Assembly (NCBI GenBank): GCA_019923605.1
Contig: JAHXGM010000002.1
Span: forward strand, 1-51,731
DNA: 51,731 nucleotides
Origin: Candidatus Nealsonbacteria bacterium
Lineage (GTDB): Bacteria > Patescibacteriota > Minisyncoccia > Minisyncoccales > CSSED10-335
Reading direction: 5' to 3'
Shown: piece after piece, positions 1-7,968 of the stretch
Layout: the number at the start of each line of letters is the position of its first letter
Numbering within the stretch: position 1 is the stretch's first letter
Program-made: the position numbers and the translations under genes
The notes under the pieces: generated by a model
Databases searched by the model: none
Told to the model about the DNA's origin: nothing
What the model saw: only the letters and a program-made list of their open reading frames with translations

Positions 1-515
1 TTGATACTCCCAAGCATTAAGAAGAAGACAAATAAATTCCATTTATGGCCTTTAGTAATAGCAGAGCTTTTTTTAAGAGCTTCTATTGGTCCTAGCCCCT
101 TATCAACAACAAAGTAACCAAAAAACCAAAATTTAATTCCCCAAATAATTCCAGGCACAATTAACAGGAGCATTCCGCCAAAAATAATCAGACAATAAAG
201 GATCAAAGCAAACAGATAGTTGAAGAACAAACGATACTGGGAGAATAGATCACTAAATCTACCCTTTTCATTATCAGAGAATTTTAGAGCGATTTTAAGC
301 AACCCTATTGAAATTATTATAGTTAAAACAAAATCGGCAATATGAAAAACAACCAGAAAAATATTTGCTTCCAACGCCATATCCGCAATAATAGAAGGAA
401 CGATATAGAGCAGTCCGAAAACTATGAAAAGACCGATGAAAAAAACCAAGTTGCTTTTCATCGTATTCCATCCAAAGCGTATTGCTTCACCTTTAGAAAA
501 CTTTTTTGTTGTCAT
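1..515 (-). CDS. Multi-pass membrane protein, DUF975/YciC-like; N-terminus complete, C-terminus runs off the window
   Basis: Absent from the ORF track because it is open to the window edge. Reverse complement from the ATG at 513-515 reads MTTKKFSKGEAIRFGWNTMKSNLVFFIGLFIV...LLLIVPGIIWGIKFWFFGYFVVDKGLGPIEALKKSSAITKGHKWNLF. It is clearly related to the protein at 46166..46960 (IIPGIIFNVWFLF...GGMDAFMRSKQLVTGYWLKIF). Confidence 0.7.
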   Translation of the reverse strand, partial: MTTKKFSKGEAIRFGWNTMKSNLVFFIGLFIVFGLLYIVPSIIADMALEANIFLVVFHIADFVLTIIISIGLLKIALKFSDNEKGRFSDLFSQYRLFFNYLFALILYCLIIFGGMLLLIVPGIIWGIKFWFFGYFVVDKGLGPIEALKKSSAITKGHKWNLFVFFLMLGSI

Positions 516-809
516 ATTTTATTTTTTTAATTTGTTAACGATTTTTATTTAACGACCAATGTCAGCTAACGTTTCGGTATATTTGATGTCCCGTCTATGA
601 CTAAATTATATCATATTTAAATGAAATCACTAATAATCACTTAACTGGCTTTATTTTACCAATTTTTATAAAATTATCAACAAATTTACTTAGCGGTCGG
701 ACGAGCGAAAGAGTTGGGCTGATCAATCGGTAAAATCCTCTGGATTTTGTTCAAAGAAAGTTCTGACATCATCTACTAGACACCACACTTTAAGCCACTT
801 AATATTTCA

Positions 810-1880
810 GGGAGACCCTACACAAAAGTGTGTCTGTGTGATAAAGCAAGTATATGAAAAACAATAACGACAAGACAACTAAAATGTTAGAAAATAGCAT
901 AAAAAGTTTAAGAGAAAATTTAGATTCATTATCAATGGATAAGTTTGTAGCAACAACCATTGAAACTTTAATGAACATAGAAAGAAATGAGTATTTAGAA
1001 GAAATAGACAATCCAAAAAAAGATAAAGGAAATGGCTATTATGAAAGAGCTATGAAAACTCTTTCCAGTAATTCTTTGATGGTGCATATTCCTAGAACAA
1101 GAGCTGGTTTATTCTCTCCAGCAACTCTTGAATTATTAAAGATAAACAGAGAAAAAGTTGATGAAATAGCATTATCTTTGTATAAGAGGGGGATGACTTC
1201 TCAAGATATTCAATCTTTTCTTGACGAAGTTTTTGCAGGAGGAATGTCTCCTTCAAAAATAGCGAATCTAGTATCTGTATTTGGTAAATTCAGAATTGCC
1301 TGGCAAAATGCAAAACTTGAAAAATACTACCAGGTAGTTTTCGGAGACGTTATCTTCGTAACAGTTAAAAGAGGAAATGAATACACTAAAGAAGGAGTTT
1401 TCATCGCCTATGGAGTCAGAGAAGATAATCGTAGAGAATTGCTTGTATTAGAGCTTAATCCTACGGAATCAGCTCAATTCTGGGGTGAATTATTGAGAGA
1501 TCTAAAAGAAAAAAGAGGTGTTGAAGAAATTGGTCTTTTTATCGCAGATGGAATAAACTACTTAGAAGATGAAGTATCTAAAATTTATCCTAATGCGGAT
1601 TTTCAGAAATGTGTTGTTCATAAGATGAGGAATATACTAACCAGAACATCTCCGAAAGACAAAGCTGAGGTTTCTATTGATCTCAAACATATTTTTGACA
1701 ATTTTGATAAGGATGCTAAAGTAGAGACAGCGTTGAATAAGGTTGATTTGTTTTTAGAGAAGTGGAAACAAAAATATCCTAATTTCAAAAACTATTTGAA
1801 ATATCCCATTACAAACTACAAACACTTTAAAAAGATTATAAATAATTAAGAACTCCAGACACAATTATTTGAACGGTCCC
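810..1880 (+). mobile_element. Decayed IS256-family insertion sequence: candidate imperfect terminal inverted repeats around a truncated transposase gene
   Basis: Left end 810-836 is GGGAGACCCTACACAAAAGTGTGTCTG. The reverse complement of the right end 1856-1880 is GGGACCGTTCAAATAATTGTGTCTG. About 20 of 25 positions match after a 2-nt indel, including the shared GGGAC and TGTGTCTG blocks. I saw no clean target-site duplication. Confidence 0.45.
854..1849 (+). CDS. IS256-family (Mutator-type) transposase, C-terminally truncated and probably inactive
   Basis: Family signatures are present: GMTSQDIQSFLDEVFAGGMSPSKIANLV, first Asp region VVFGDVIFVTVKR, second Asp FIADGINYLEDEV and CVVHKMRNIL. The protein ends at EKWKQKYPNFKNYL..., before the expected TTNxIE block carrying the catalytic Glu. 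It is 331 aa, against about 400 aa for the family. Confidence 0.75.
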   Translation: MKNNNDKTTKMLENSIKSLRENLDSLSMDKFVATTIETLMNIERNEYLEEIDNPKKDKGNGYYERAMKTLSSNSLMVHIPRTRAGLFSPATLELLKINREKVDEIALSLYKRGMTSQDIQSFLDEVFAGGMSPSKIANLVSVFGKFRIAWQNAKLEKYYQVVFGDVIFVTVKRGNEYTKEGVFIAYGVREDNRRELLVLELNPTESAQFWGELLRDLKEKRGVEEIGLFIADGINYLEDEVSKIYPNADFQKCVVHKMRNILTRTSPKDKAEVSIDLKHIFDNFDKDAKVETALNKVDLFLEKWKQKYPNFKNYLKYPITNYKHFKKIINN

Positions 1881-1902
1881 TAATTTTGGATCAAGAATAC
1901 TA

Positions 1903-2586
1903 ATGACTATGGAAGAAAAAATACAAAAAATTAAAGAAATAGTTCAAAAAGAATTATCCTGCTCTGGCCATAACATGGAGCATCTTGATAGGGTCTATAA
2001 TCTTTGCTTACACTTAGCTGAAGGAGAACCCGATGTTAATTTAGAAGTTCTTCAAGTTTCTGCTCTCATGCATGATATTGCAAGAGTGCGCGAAGATATG
2101 GATAGTTCAAGGAATATTGACCATGCTATTTTAGGTGCCGAAATGGCCGGAGATATTCTTCTAGACTTCGGTTATTCTGAAGAATTTATAGAATCGGTTA
2201 AACATGCCATATTTACTCATCGTTTTAGGAATAATAATGAGCCAAAGACTAAAGAAGCCAAGATTCTTTTTGATGCTGATAAGCTTGATAGCCTTGGCTC
2301 AATGGGGATAGCTAGACTTTTTATGTTTTCAGGCCAACACAGTACGAAAATGTTTTTAGAAACTCCCCTTGATGAATATATTAAAGATAATCTTATGGGC
2401 GGAGATCCAAGTGGCAGAATTAAAGAAATTACAATTCATGCTCCGAATCTTGAGTTTGAGATAAAATTAAAATCAATGGGAGACCGCCTTTATACGTCAA
2501 AAGCTAAGGAGCTAGCCATAGGTAGGATAAATTTTATGGAAAAGTTTTTTAATAGAATGGAAAAAGAAATGAAAGGGGATTTGTAG
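1903..2586 (+). CDS. HD-domain metal-dependent phosphohydrolase
   Basis: H...HD signature (GHNMEHLDRV, SALMHDIARV) and a downstream FDADKLDSLG motif typical of the HD superfamily. Confidence 0.75.
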   Translation: MTMEEKIQKIKEIVQKELSCSGHNMEHLDRVYNLCLHLAEGEPDVNLEVLQVSALMHDIARVREDMDSSRNIDHAILGAEMAGDILLDFGYSEEFIESVKHAIFTHRFRNNNEPKTKEAKILFDADKLDSLGSMGIARLFMFSGQHSTKMFLETPLDEYIKDNLMGGDPSGRIKEITIHAPNLEFEIKLKSMGDRLYTSKAKELAIGRINFMEKFFNRMEKEMKGDL

Positions 2587-2645
2587 TTGAATCGTTTAAA
2601 AAATTGTGTTAGAATTAAACAACATTATTAATTAATATAAAAAAC

Positions 2646-3044
2646 ATGAAAGGTTATATTGATAACATCGAAGATGTCACTAAAGAAAATGATAATTTTA
2701 GAAAAGTTCTTTATACTGGAAAGAATAGTCAGTTAGTGGTAATGAGCATAAAGCCCGGTGAAGAAATCGGAGAAGAAGTTCATGACCTAGACCAATTTAT
2801 TAGAATTGAAGCAGGTCGTGGGGTAGCAATTCTAGATGGTGTTGAACATGATATTAGGGATGATTTTGCTATCGTTGTTCCAGCTGGAGCAAATCATAAT
2901 ATCATCAATACATCATCTGATAAAACATTAAAACTATATACTGTTTACTCTCCACCTGAACATAAAGATGTTGTGATACATGCAACTAAGGAAGATGCTA
3001 TGGCAGACGAAGATGATCATTTTGATGGAGTAACAACTGAATAG
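2646..3044 (+). CDS. Cupin-domain protein
   Basis: 132 aa. Cupin motifs GEEIGEEVHDLDQFIRIEAGRG and VVPAGANHNIIN. Confidence 0.7.
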   Translation: MKGYIDNIEDVTKENDNFRKVLYTGKNSQLVVMSIKPGEEIGEEVHDLDQFIRIEAGRGVAILDGVEHDIRDDFAIVVPAGANHNIINTSSDKTLKLYTVYSPPEHKDVVIHATKEDAMADEDDHFDGVTTE

Positions 3045-3063
3045 TCATTGGAAATATTTAAAT

Positions 3064-3094
3064 AAGCCAAGCGTTTCAATCCGCTTGGCTTTTA
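3064..3094 (+). terminator. Stem-loop after the cupin gene (weak intrinsic terminator)
   Basis: A 10-bp stem AAGCCAAGCG/CGCTTGGCTT (3064-3073 / 3082-3091), followed by TTTACTATT. Confidence 0.5.
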
Positions 3095-3442
3095 CTATTC
3101 ACTATCTTAAACCAAAATGATATTACATAGTAATATAGAAACATGATTACACTAGTATTTTTTGTTACCGCAATATCTGCTGTTTTTTATCTTCCGGTTT
3201 TTATACTTTTTAATTGAAGAAAAGGAACGATTTTTTCTTCAAAATATTTACCATTTTTTTATTAAGCATTGGACTTCAACAGCTTCTTTTTTCCTCTTGT
3301 GTTGATTTAGGCATAGTTTTCATATGCCTTTAGATTATCTAAAAAAGTGTAATACGAGCATACACATTGCTACTATTTTACAGCGTAGGTTTTGCATTTT
3401 AAACTTAGTGGTGTGTTTCGGGTGTTAATTTAGCACTTCCTT

Positions 3443-3470
3443 TTGACTTTTTGAACTTTGATGATATAAT
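3443..3470 (+). promoter_or_regulatory. Sigma70-type promoter with extended -10, directly abutting the CAP-domain gene start
   Basis: TTGACT (3443-3448), 16 bp spacer, then TGaTATAAT (3462-3470). The ATG at 3479 lies only 8 nt after the -10 hexamer. Confidence 0.55.
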
Positions 3471-3478
3471 ATGTCTTA

Positions 3479-4486
3479 ATGAAAAATAGGATCAAAAAAG
3501 TAATAGTATTTATTCTTCCTTGTGAGGACAATAATTATCGGCCATTATTTTTAGATGGAAGACTTTTTGATTATTTAGCTTTATCTATAATCATTCTTAA
3601 GTTTATAGGTCTCCTATATTTCGTAGCGTTACCCGGAACTCCATTTTTTTCCAGTATTACTAGGAATGCATTAGTTCAAATGACAAATGAAGAGAGGAGA
3701 TCGTTTGGACTTCCTCCATTAATTACTAGTCCTAAGCTAGATCAAGCTGCCATGATGAAGGCACAAGATATGATTGCAAAAGATTATTTTTCTCATTGGA
3801 GTCCCGATGGTAAATCGCCTTGGCACTGGATTACTCTTGCTGGTTATGATTATAAGTATGCAGGAGAAAACTTAGCCATGGGATTTTTAGATGCAAAGGA
3901 TGTACACAGAGCTTGGGTTAATTCATCTACTCATAAAGCTAATATTATGAGCTCCAATTATGATGAGATTGGAATAGCCGTAGTTGAGGGAATTATTACT
4001 GGGCAAAGAACCTTTATTGTTGTTCAAGTTTTTGGAAAGATGAATCAAAAACCAGCACCTATAGCAGTAATTCCACCAACAGAAGAAATAATTAAAGATG
4101 TTCCTATTGAAATAGAAGATGATATTATTATTTCTGAAGAAGAGATTGTGGCAGCGGATGAAGATAATAAAGAGTCAGAGCAATTGATATTAGGATATTT
4201 TGATTCGGGTATATATTTTTCTAGTGGTGGCACTATTCAAGGTGCTAAGATGGGGTTGTTTGAATTTTTAATGCTAGAGTACGATGGAGTAGTTCAAAGG
4301 ATTATATTAATATCATTACTTTTTCTAATATTTATATTAATAGTAAATATATTTATACGCTTTGATGTGCAACATCCCGACTTAATTTTTAAGGGTTTAT
4401 TTTTCCTTGGATTATTCTTATTATTTAACTATTTAGATCAAGTAACTTTATTAAGGCTAATCTCGGGAGCTCCGTTAATTGGATAA
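3479..4486 (+). CDS. CAP/SCP/PR-1-like (YkwD-type) extracellular domain protein with N- and C-terminal membrane segments
   Basis: DYFSHWSPDGKSPWHWI, YAGENLAMGF and AWVNSSTHKANIMSSNYDEIGIAV match the CAP domain. An acidic linker is followed by a hydrophobic C-terminal region. Confidence 0.7.
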   Translation: MKNRIKKVIVFILPCEDNNYRPLFLDGRLFDYLALSIIILKFIGLLYFVALPGTPFFSSITRNALVQMTNEERRSFGLPPLITSPKLDQAAMMKAQDMIAKDYFSHWSPDGKSPWHWITLAGYDYKYAGENLAMGFLDAKDVHRAWVNSSTHKANIMSSNYDEIGIAVVEGIITGQRTFIVVQVFGKMNQKPAPIAVIPPTEEIIKDVPIEIEDDIIISEEEIVAADEDNKESEQLILGYFDSGIYFSSGGTIQGAKMGLFEFLMLEYDGVVQRIILISLLFLIFILIVNIFIRFDVQHPDLIFKGLFFLGLFLLFNYLDQVTLLRLISGAPLIG

Positions 4487-4489
4487 AAT

Positions 4490-5128
4490 ATGGATCAGAA
4501 TAAGAGATACGACGATAAAATAATTAATCGTGAAAAATCAAAGAATATTTGGAAGTTTTTTTTATTGATATTCATTTTTAATGTGATTCTCTTGAATTGG
4601 AATGATATATCTTGGATTTTTAATCATAGAGTTGCCCCAAAGGGAATACAGGCGTTACTCCAATCACAATCTCAAGAAAAAGAAGAGCCGGTTGAATATT
4701 TTGAAAGAGAAAATTCTATTGATATAGCGGCTATTAATATTACTGCTCCAATAGTTTTATCTCAAGGAATTAGCGATCGAGATTTTGAGATAGCCCTTAA
4801 TAAGGGAGTTACTCATTTTCCTGGATCGGCTCTTCCCGGAGAAGATGGAGTTTTGATATTATTAGGTCATTCTGCGCCTTTAGGCTGGCCTAAAATTAAC
4901 TACGATTGGATTTTTAGTAATCTTGAAAAGTTAAACGTAGGGGATCAAATAGATATATACTTCAATCAAAGACTTTTTGTCTATACAATAACTGAAAAAG
5001 TATTTTTAGAAGTTGGAGAAGATATTTCATCATCTTCATTGAATAAACCTGAAATTATGCTTTTAAGCTGTTGGCCTCCGGGTAAAAATATTAAGAGGAT
5101 AGGGATAAGAGGTGTATTGACAAAATAA
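4490..5128 (+). CDS. Sortase-family transpeptidase
   Basis: N-terminal membrane anchor. Catalytic His context GVLILLGHS, Cys context IMLLSCWPPG (equivalent to TLxTC) and Arg context KRIGIRGVL. Confidence 0.8.
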   Translation: MDQNKRYDDKIINREKSKNIWKFFLLIFIFNVILLNWNDISWIFNHRVAPKGIQALLQSQSQEKEEPVEYFERENSIDIAAINITAPIVLSQGISDRDFEIALNKGVTHFPGSALPGEDGVLILLGHSAPLGWPKINYDWIFSNLEKLNVGDQIDIYFNQRLFVYTITEKVFLEVGEDISSSSLNKPEIMLLSCWPPGKNIKRIGIRGVLTK

Positions 5129-5208
5129 TCTTTAGTGATATAATCATCTAGTAAGCAAGTTTTTTTAAAGAAGAAAGAGAATTTAACTCTTCTCTCTCTT
5201 TTTTAAAG

Positions 5209-5232
5209 AATTTAATCTTTTAAGATTAAATT
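5209..5232. promoter_or_regulatory. 24-bp near-perfect palindrome upstream of the surface-protein gene (candidate operator)
   Basis: AATTTAATCTT-TT-AAGATTAAATT has 11-bp arms and a 2-nt centre. It lies 30 nt upstream of the ATG at 5262. Confidence 0.4.
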
Positions 5233-5261
5233 TTCTAAAAAGGAAGTGATATTAAAAGGTA

Positions 5262-6044
5262 ATGTATAGAAAAATGAAAAAAAATGAAAAAATAAGTTTA
5301 AAGCTAGGTTTGGTATTAGCCCTGCTCTTTTCCCTGTTTATTGGGAATTTGAGTGTCTTTGCTGGAACTGGCGGTATCTCACCATCAGTTACCACTCACA
5401 GTGCTACTATTGATCTATCAATCAAGAAATATGTGAGAAGTATTACTAGAAATACCGCTTGGCAAGAATCAGTAATTGTATCTCCTAATGAATTAATATC
5501 ATTCTCTATTACAGTTACATCAACAGGTAATCAAACATTAAAGGATGTTAATATAATTAACGTCTTGCCTAAAAGAATCACTTACGTAGGAAATTTAAAA
5601 GTTGATGGAGTTTTGGTATCAGGCGGCGGTAAGGACGGACTGAAAATAGGTGACCTTTTATCGGGAACAACAAAAGTTATCACTTTTGATGCCAGAGTTA
5701 ATTCAGAAGAAGAATTCGGTATTGGTTCTACAAATCTAATTAGTAGCACAAGTGCTGCTAGTGGAAGTTTAATTAAAAATGATACTGCTGGAGTTTTTGT
5801 AACCAAGGGAATTGTAGCCGGTGCTGCAACTATGGTGGCAACAGGTATTACCAACAACAAGCTGATAGACTTCATCTTCCTTCCATTTCTTGCTACCTTA
5901 ATTCTTTTCCTTTTATTTAGAAAACATCTTGTTGTTCTAAGTGATTGGTTAGAGCAAAGAAAAGTATCAGTTCATGATACTGTAGCCAAAAAGAAGCTTG
6001 AGAAGATAAGATCTCAGTTGAAGGCGAAAGGGGGATTAAACTAG
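5262..6044 (+). CDS. Secreted surface protein (DUF11/pilin-like repeat fold) with an LPXTG-like MVATG sorting signal; candidate sortase substrate
   Basis: Signal peptide KISLKLGLVLALLFSLFIGNLSVFA. A beta-rich domain follows (ISFSITVTSTGNQTLKDVNIINVLP). MVATG (nt 5832-5846) is followed by the hydrophobic FIFLPFLATLILFLLF and then RKH. An unusual extra tail of about 45 aa follows. Confidence 0.6.
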   Translation: MYRKMKKNEKISLKLGLVLALLFSLFIGNLSVFAGTGGISPSVTTHSATIDLSIKKYVRSITRNTAWQESVIVSPNELISFSITVTSTGNQTLKDVNIINVLPKRITYVGNLKVDGVLVSGGGKDGLKIGDLLSGTTKVITFDARVNSEEEFGIGSTNLISSTSAASGSLIKNDTAGVFVTKGIVAGAATMVATGITNNKLIDFIFLPFLATLILFLLFRKHLVVLSDWLEQRKVSVHDTVAKKKLEKIRSQLKAKGGLN

Positions 6045-6061
6045 CTTAATTTAACAATCAA

Positions 6062-6089
6062 AAAAACCACCTTACAAAAGGTGGTTTTT
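6062..6089 (+). terminator. Rho-independent terminator after the surface-protein gene
   Basis: AAAAACCACC-ttacaaaa-GGTGGTTTTT has a GC core stem and a T-run. Confidence 0.8.
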
Positions 6090-6143
6090 CTTATTCAAGA
6101 AGCTTTTATTTGTGGAAAACTGTCAATTTTGAACGGGAAAATT

Positions 6144-6243
6144 AAGTGGTTAGATTTGTTGACTAAATGTATTAAAGTGGGGTATAGTAAATGCACGATG
6201 GTAGATTGTGGATAAAAGTGGGGAAAACCATCTAAGTCTGGGG
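6144..6243 (+). promoter_or_regulatory. dcw promoter with an array of GTGG(G)/TGGG boxes (candidate MraZ operator)
   Basis: -35 TTGACT (6159-6164), 18 bp spacer, -10 TATAGT (6183-6188). AAGTGG-type boxes occur at 6144-6149, 6174-6182 and 6215-6223. GTGG occurs at 6208-6211 and TGGG at 6239-6242. The downstream boxes are spaced about 10 bp apart. Confidence 0.6.
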
Positions 6244-6249
6244 ATAACT

Positions 6250-6681
6250 ATGTTTATAGGAGAATACACATATTCAATAGATGATAAAAAGAGATTGGCT
6301 CTGCCTGTTAAATTTCGTGGTCTGTTAGGGAAAAAAGCAGTAATTACCAGAGGACTTGATCAATGTTTATTTATCTTTTCGACTAAGGAATGGGAATCTT
6401 TAGCGGAGAAGATAAACAAGCTTCCTTTGTCCCAAGCTGATGTTAGAGGATTTTCAAGATTGATGCTAGGTGGAGCAATGGAAGTTAGCATTGATAGCTC
6501 AGGAAGAGTTTTGGTACCCGATTATCTTAAGAAGTATGCGAACTTATCAAAGAAAGTATCCTTAGTTGGTGTATTGAATAGAGTTGAATTATGGGATGAG
6601 GAGACTTGGGAAAAATATAAAGGAAAAACAGAGAAAGAGGGTGAGAATATTGCAGAGAGATTGAAAGAATTAGGAATATAG
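6250..6681 (+). CDS. mraZ: Transcriptional regulator MraZ
   Basis: MFIGEYTYSIDDKKRLALPVKFR shows the duplicated DxxxR-type SpoVT/AbrB repeats, and the gene sits first in the dcw cluster. The ATG at 6250 is preferred over the in-frame GTG at 6208 used by the track, because that position lies inside the operator array. Confidence 0.9.
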   Translation: MFIGEYTYSIDDKKRLALPVKFRGLLGKKAVITRGLDQCLFIFSTKEWESLAEKINKLPLSQADVRGFSRLMLGGAMEVSIDSSGRVLVPDYLKKYANLSKKVSLVGVLNRVELWDEETWEKYKGKTEKEGENIAERLKELGI

Positions 6682-6683
6682 TT

Positions 6684-7571
6684 ATGCATACGCCGGTTCT
6701 TAAAAAAGAAGTTTTAGAATACCTAGACCCTAGACCTAATGAAAACTTTATTGATTGTACCGGAGGAGAAGGTGGTCACACCTTTGCGATAATAGAGATG
6801 AATTTTCCCAAGGGTAAAGTTCTAGCAATGGATAAGGATAGCAGAAATATTTCAAAGATAGGAGAAGGTGCAAAGAATCAAGGATTTAGTGAGAGGATAA
6901 TATTATTTAATGATAATTATTCCAATGTTAATAAGGCAGTTAAAAAGAGCAAGATAGATAAATTTTCAGGAATATTATTTGATCTAGGGTATTCAAGTTG
7001 GCATATTGATGAGAGCGGAAGAGGATTTTCATTTAGAAAGAAGGAGAAGCTGGATATGAGATACGATGAGAAAGATGAGATAACGGCTTGGGAAATAGTT
7101 AATTCTTGGCCAAAGCCGGAAATTGAAAAGATATTGAAGGATTATGGAGAAGAAAGATTTTTTAGATCTATTACCCAGGGAATTATAGATCAAAGGAAAA
7201 AAGAGAAAATAAATACAACATTTGATTTAGTGAAGGTAATTGAGAGTTCGGTTCCCGGTTCTTACAGAAGAAAAAAGATTCATTGTGCGACCAAAACTTT
7301 TCAAGCCTTAAGGATCACAGTAAACAGAGAGCTTGAGAATGTTAAATTAGCCTTGCCTCAAGCAATAGAAGTCTTAGAAGGAGGAGGAAGGATAGTGGTC
7401 ATATCATTTCATTCCCTTGAAGACCGAATCATAAAGAATTTCTTTAAAGAGAAAGCATTGGAAGGAAAGTTGAAAATATTGACTAAAAGACCGGTTATTG
7501 CCGGTGAAGAAGAAAGAAATAATAATCCAAGATCAAGGTCGGCAAAATTAAGAGTAGCAATAAAATTATGA
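6684..7571 (+). CDS. rsmH: 16S rRNA (cytosine1402-N4)-methyltransferase RsmH
   Basis: MHTPVLKKEVLEYL..., FDLGYSSWHID and SFHSLEDRIIK are RsmH/MraW hallmarks. The gene follows mraZ. Confidence 0.92.
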   Translation: MHTPVLKKEVLEYLDPRPNENFIDCTGGEGGHTFAIIEMNFPKGKVLAMDKDSRNISKIGEGAKNQGFSERIILFNDNYSNVNKAVKKSKIDKFSGILFDLGYSSWHIDESGRGFSFRKKEKLDMRYDEKDEITAWEIVNSWPKPEIEKILKDYGEERFFRSITQGIIDQRKKEKINTTFDLVKVIESSVPGSYRRKKIHCATKTFQALRITVNRELENVKLALPQAIEVLEGGGRIVVISFHSLEDRIIKNFFKEKALEGKLKILTKRPVIAGEEERNNNPRSRSAKLRVAIKL

Positions 7572-7900
7572 AAAAAAACTCCCTTTTTAAAAAATCATCA
7601 AAGCAAGTAAAGAAATTTTTTAACGTCACATTCCTTTCAAAGATTGGCGCTTTTACAGTTCTTTTTATGTTAGGATTCTATCTGTTCCAAGTTACTGAAA
7701 TGACTAAAGAAATCCATGTAGTTCGGGAATATGATAATGAAATGAAAAGAATCCAGGAAAAAAGTAGGAAAACGGAGTACAGTTTTTTAAGAGCAAATTC
7801 ACTTTCTCGTGCCGAAGATTTTGTAGAGACTATGGGCTTTCAAAAAGTTAATAATGTTCACCATATTCAAATTTCGGGTACTCAGATTGCTGCAAGATAA
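7568..7900 (+). CDS. ftsL: Small bitopic membrane protein, FtsL-like by position
   Basis: 110 aa with a single TM segment (IGAFTVLFMLGFYLFQV) followed by a coiled-coil-like region. ATGA overlap with rsmH. It sits between rsmH and ftsI as ftsL does. The call rests on synteny, not sequence identity. Confidence 0.5.
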   Translation: MKKNSLFKKSSKQVKKFFNVTFLSKIGAFTVLFMLGFYLFQVTEMTKEIHVVREYDNEMKRIQEKSRKTEYSFLRANSLSRAEDFVETMGFQKVNNVHHIQISGTQIAAR

Positions 7901-7968
7901 ATTTTGCTATTATACTCTTTTAATCGCCGGCCTTTTTTTAGGTTGCGGTCGATTATTTTTAATAAAAG

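Noticed and set aside
342-530. 62-aa plus-strand ORF from the track
   Set aside because: It is antisense to a much longer, clearly membrane-protein-like reading frame (1..515, minus strand). Its low-complexity basic sequence looks like a shadow ORF.
3143-3217. 24-codon hydrophobic ORF (MITLVFFVTAISAVFYLPVFILFN) in the spacer after the cupin gene
   Set aside because: It is too short, has no SD and nothing to compare against. It could be chance in AT-rich DNA.
7901-7968. Imperfect hairpin AATCGCCGGCC...GCGGTCGATT between ftsL and ftsI as a possible attenuator
   Set aside because: The stem needs a bulge and has no proper U-run, so the evidence is too weak to call.
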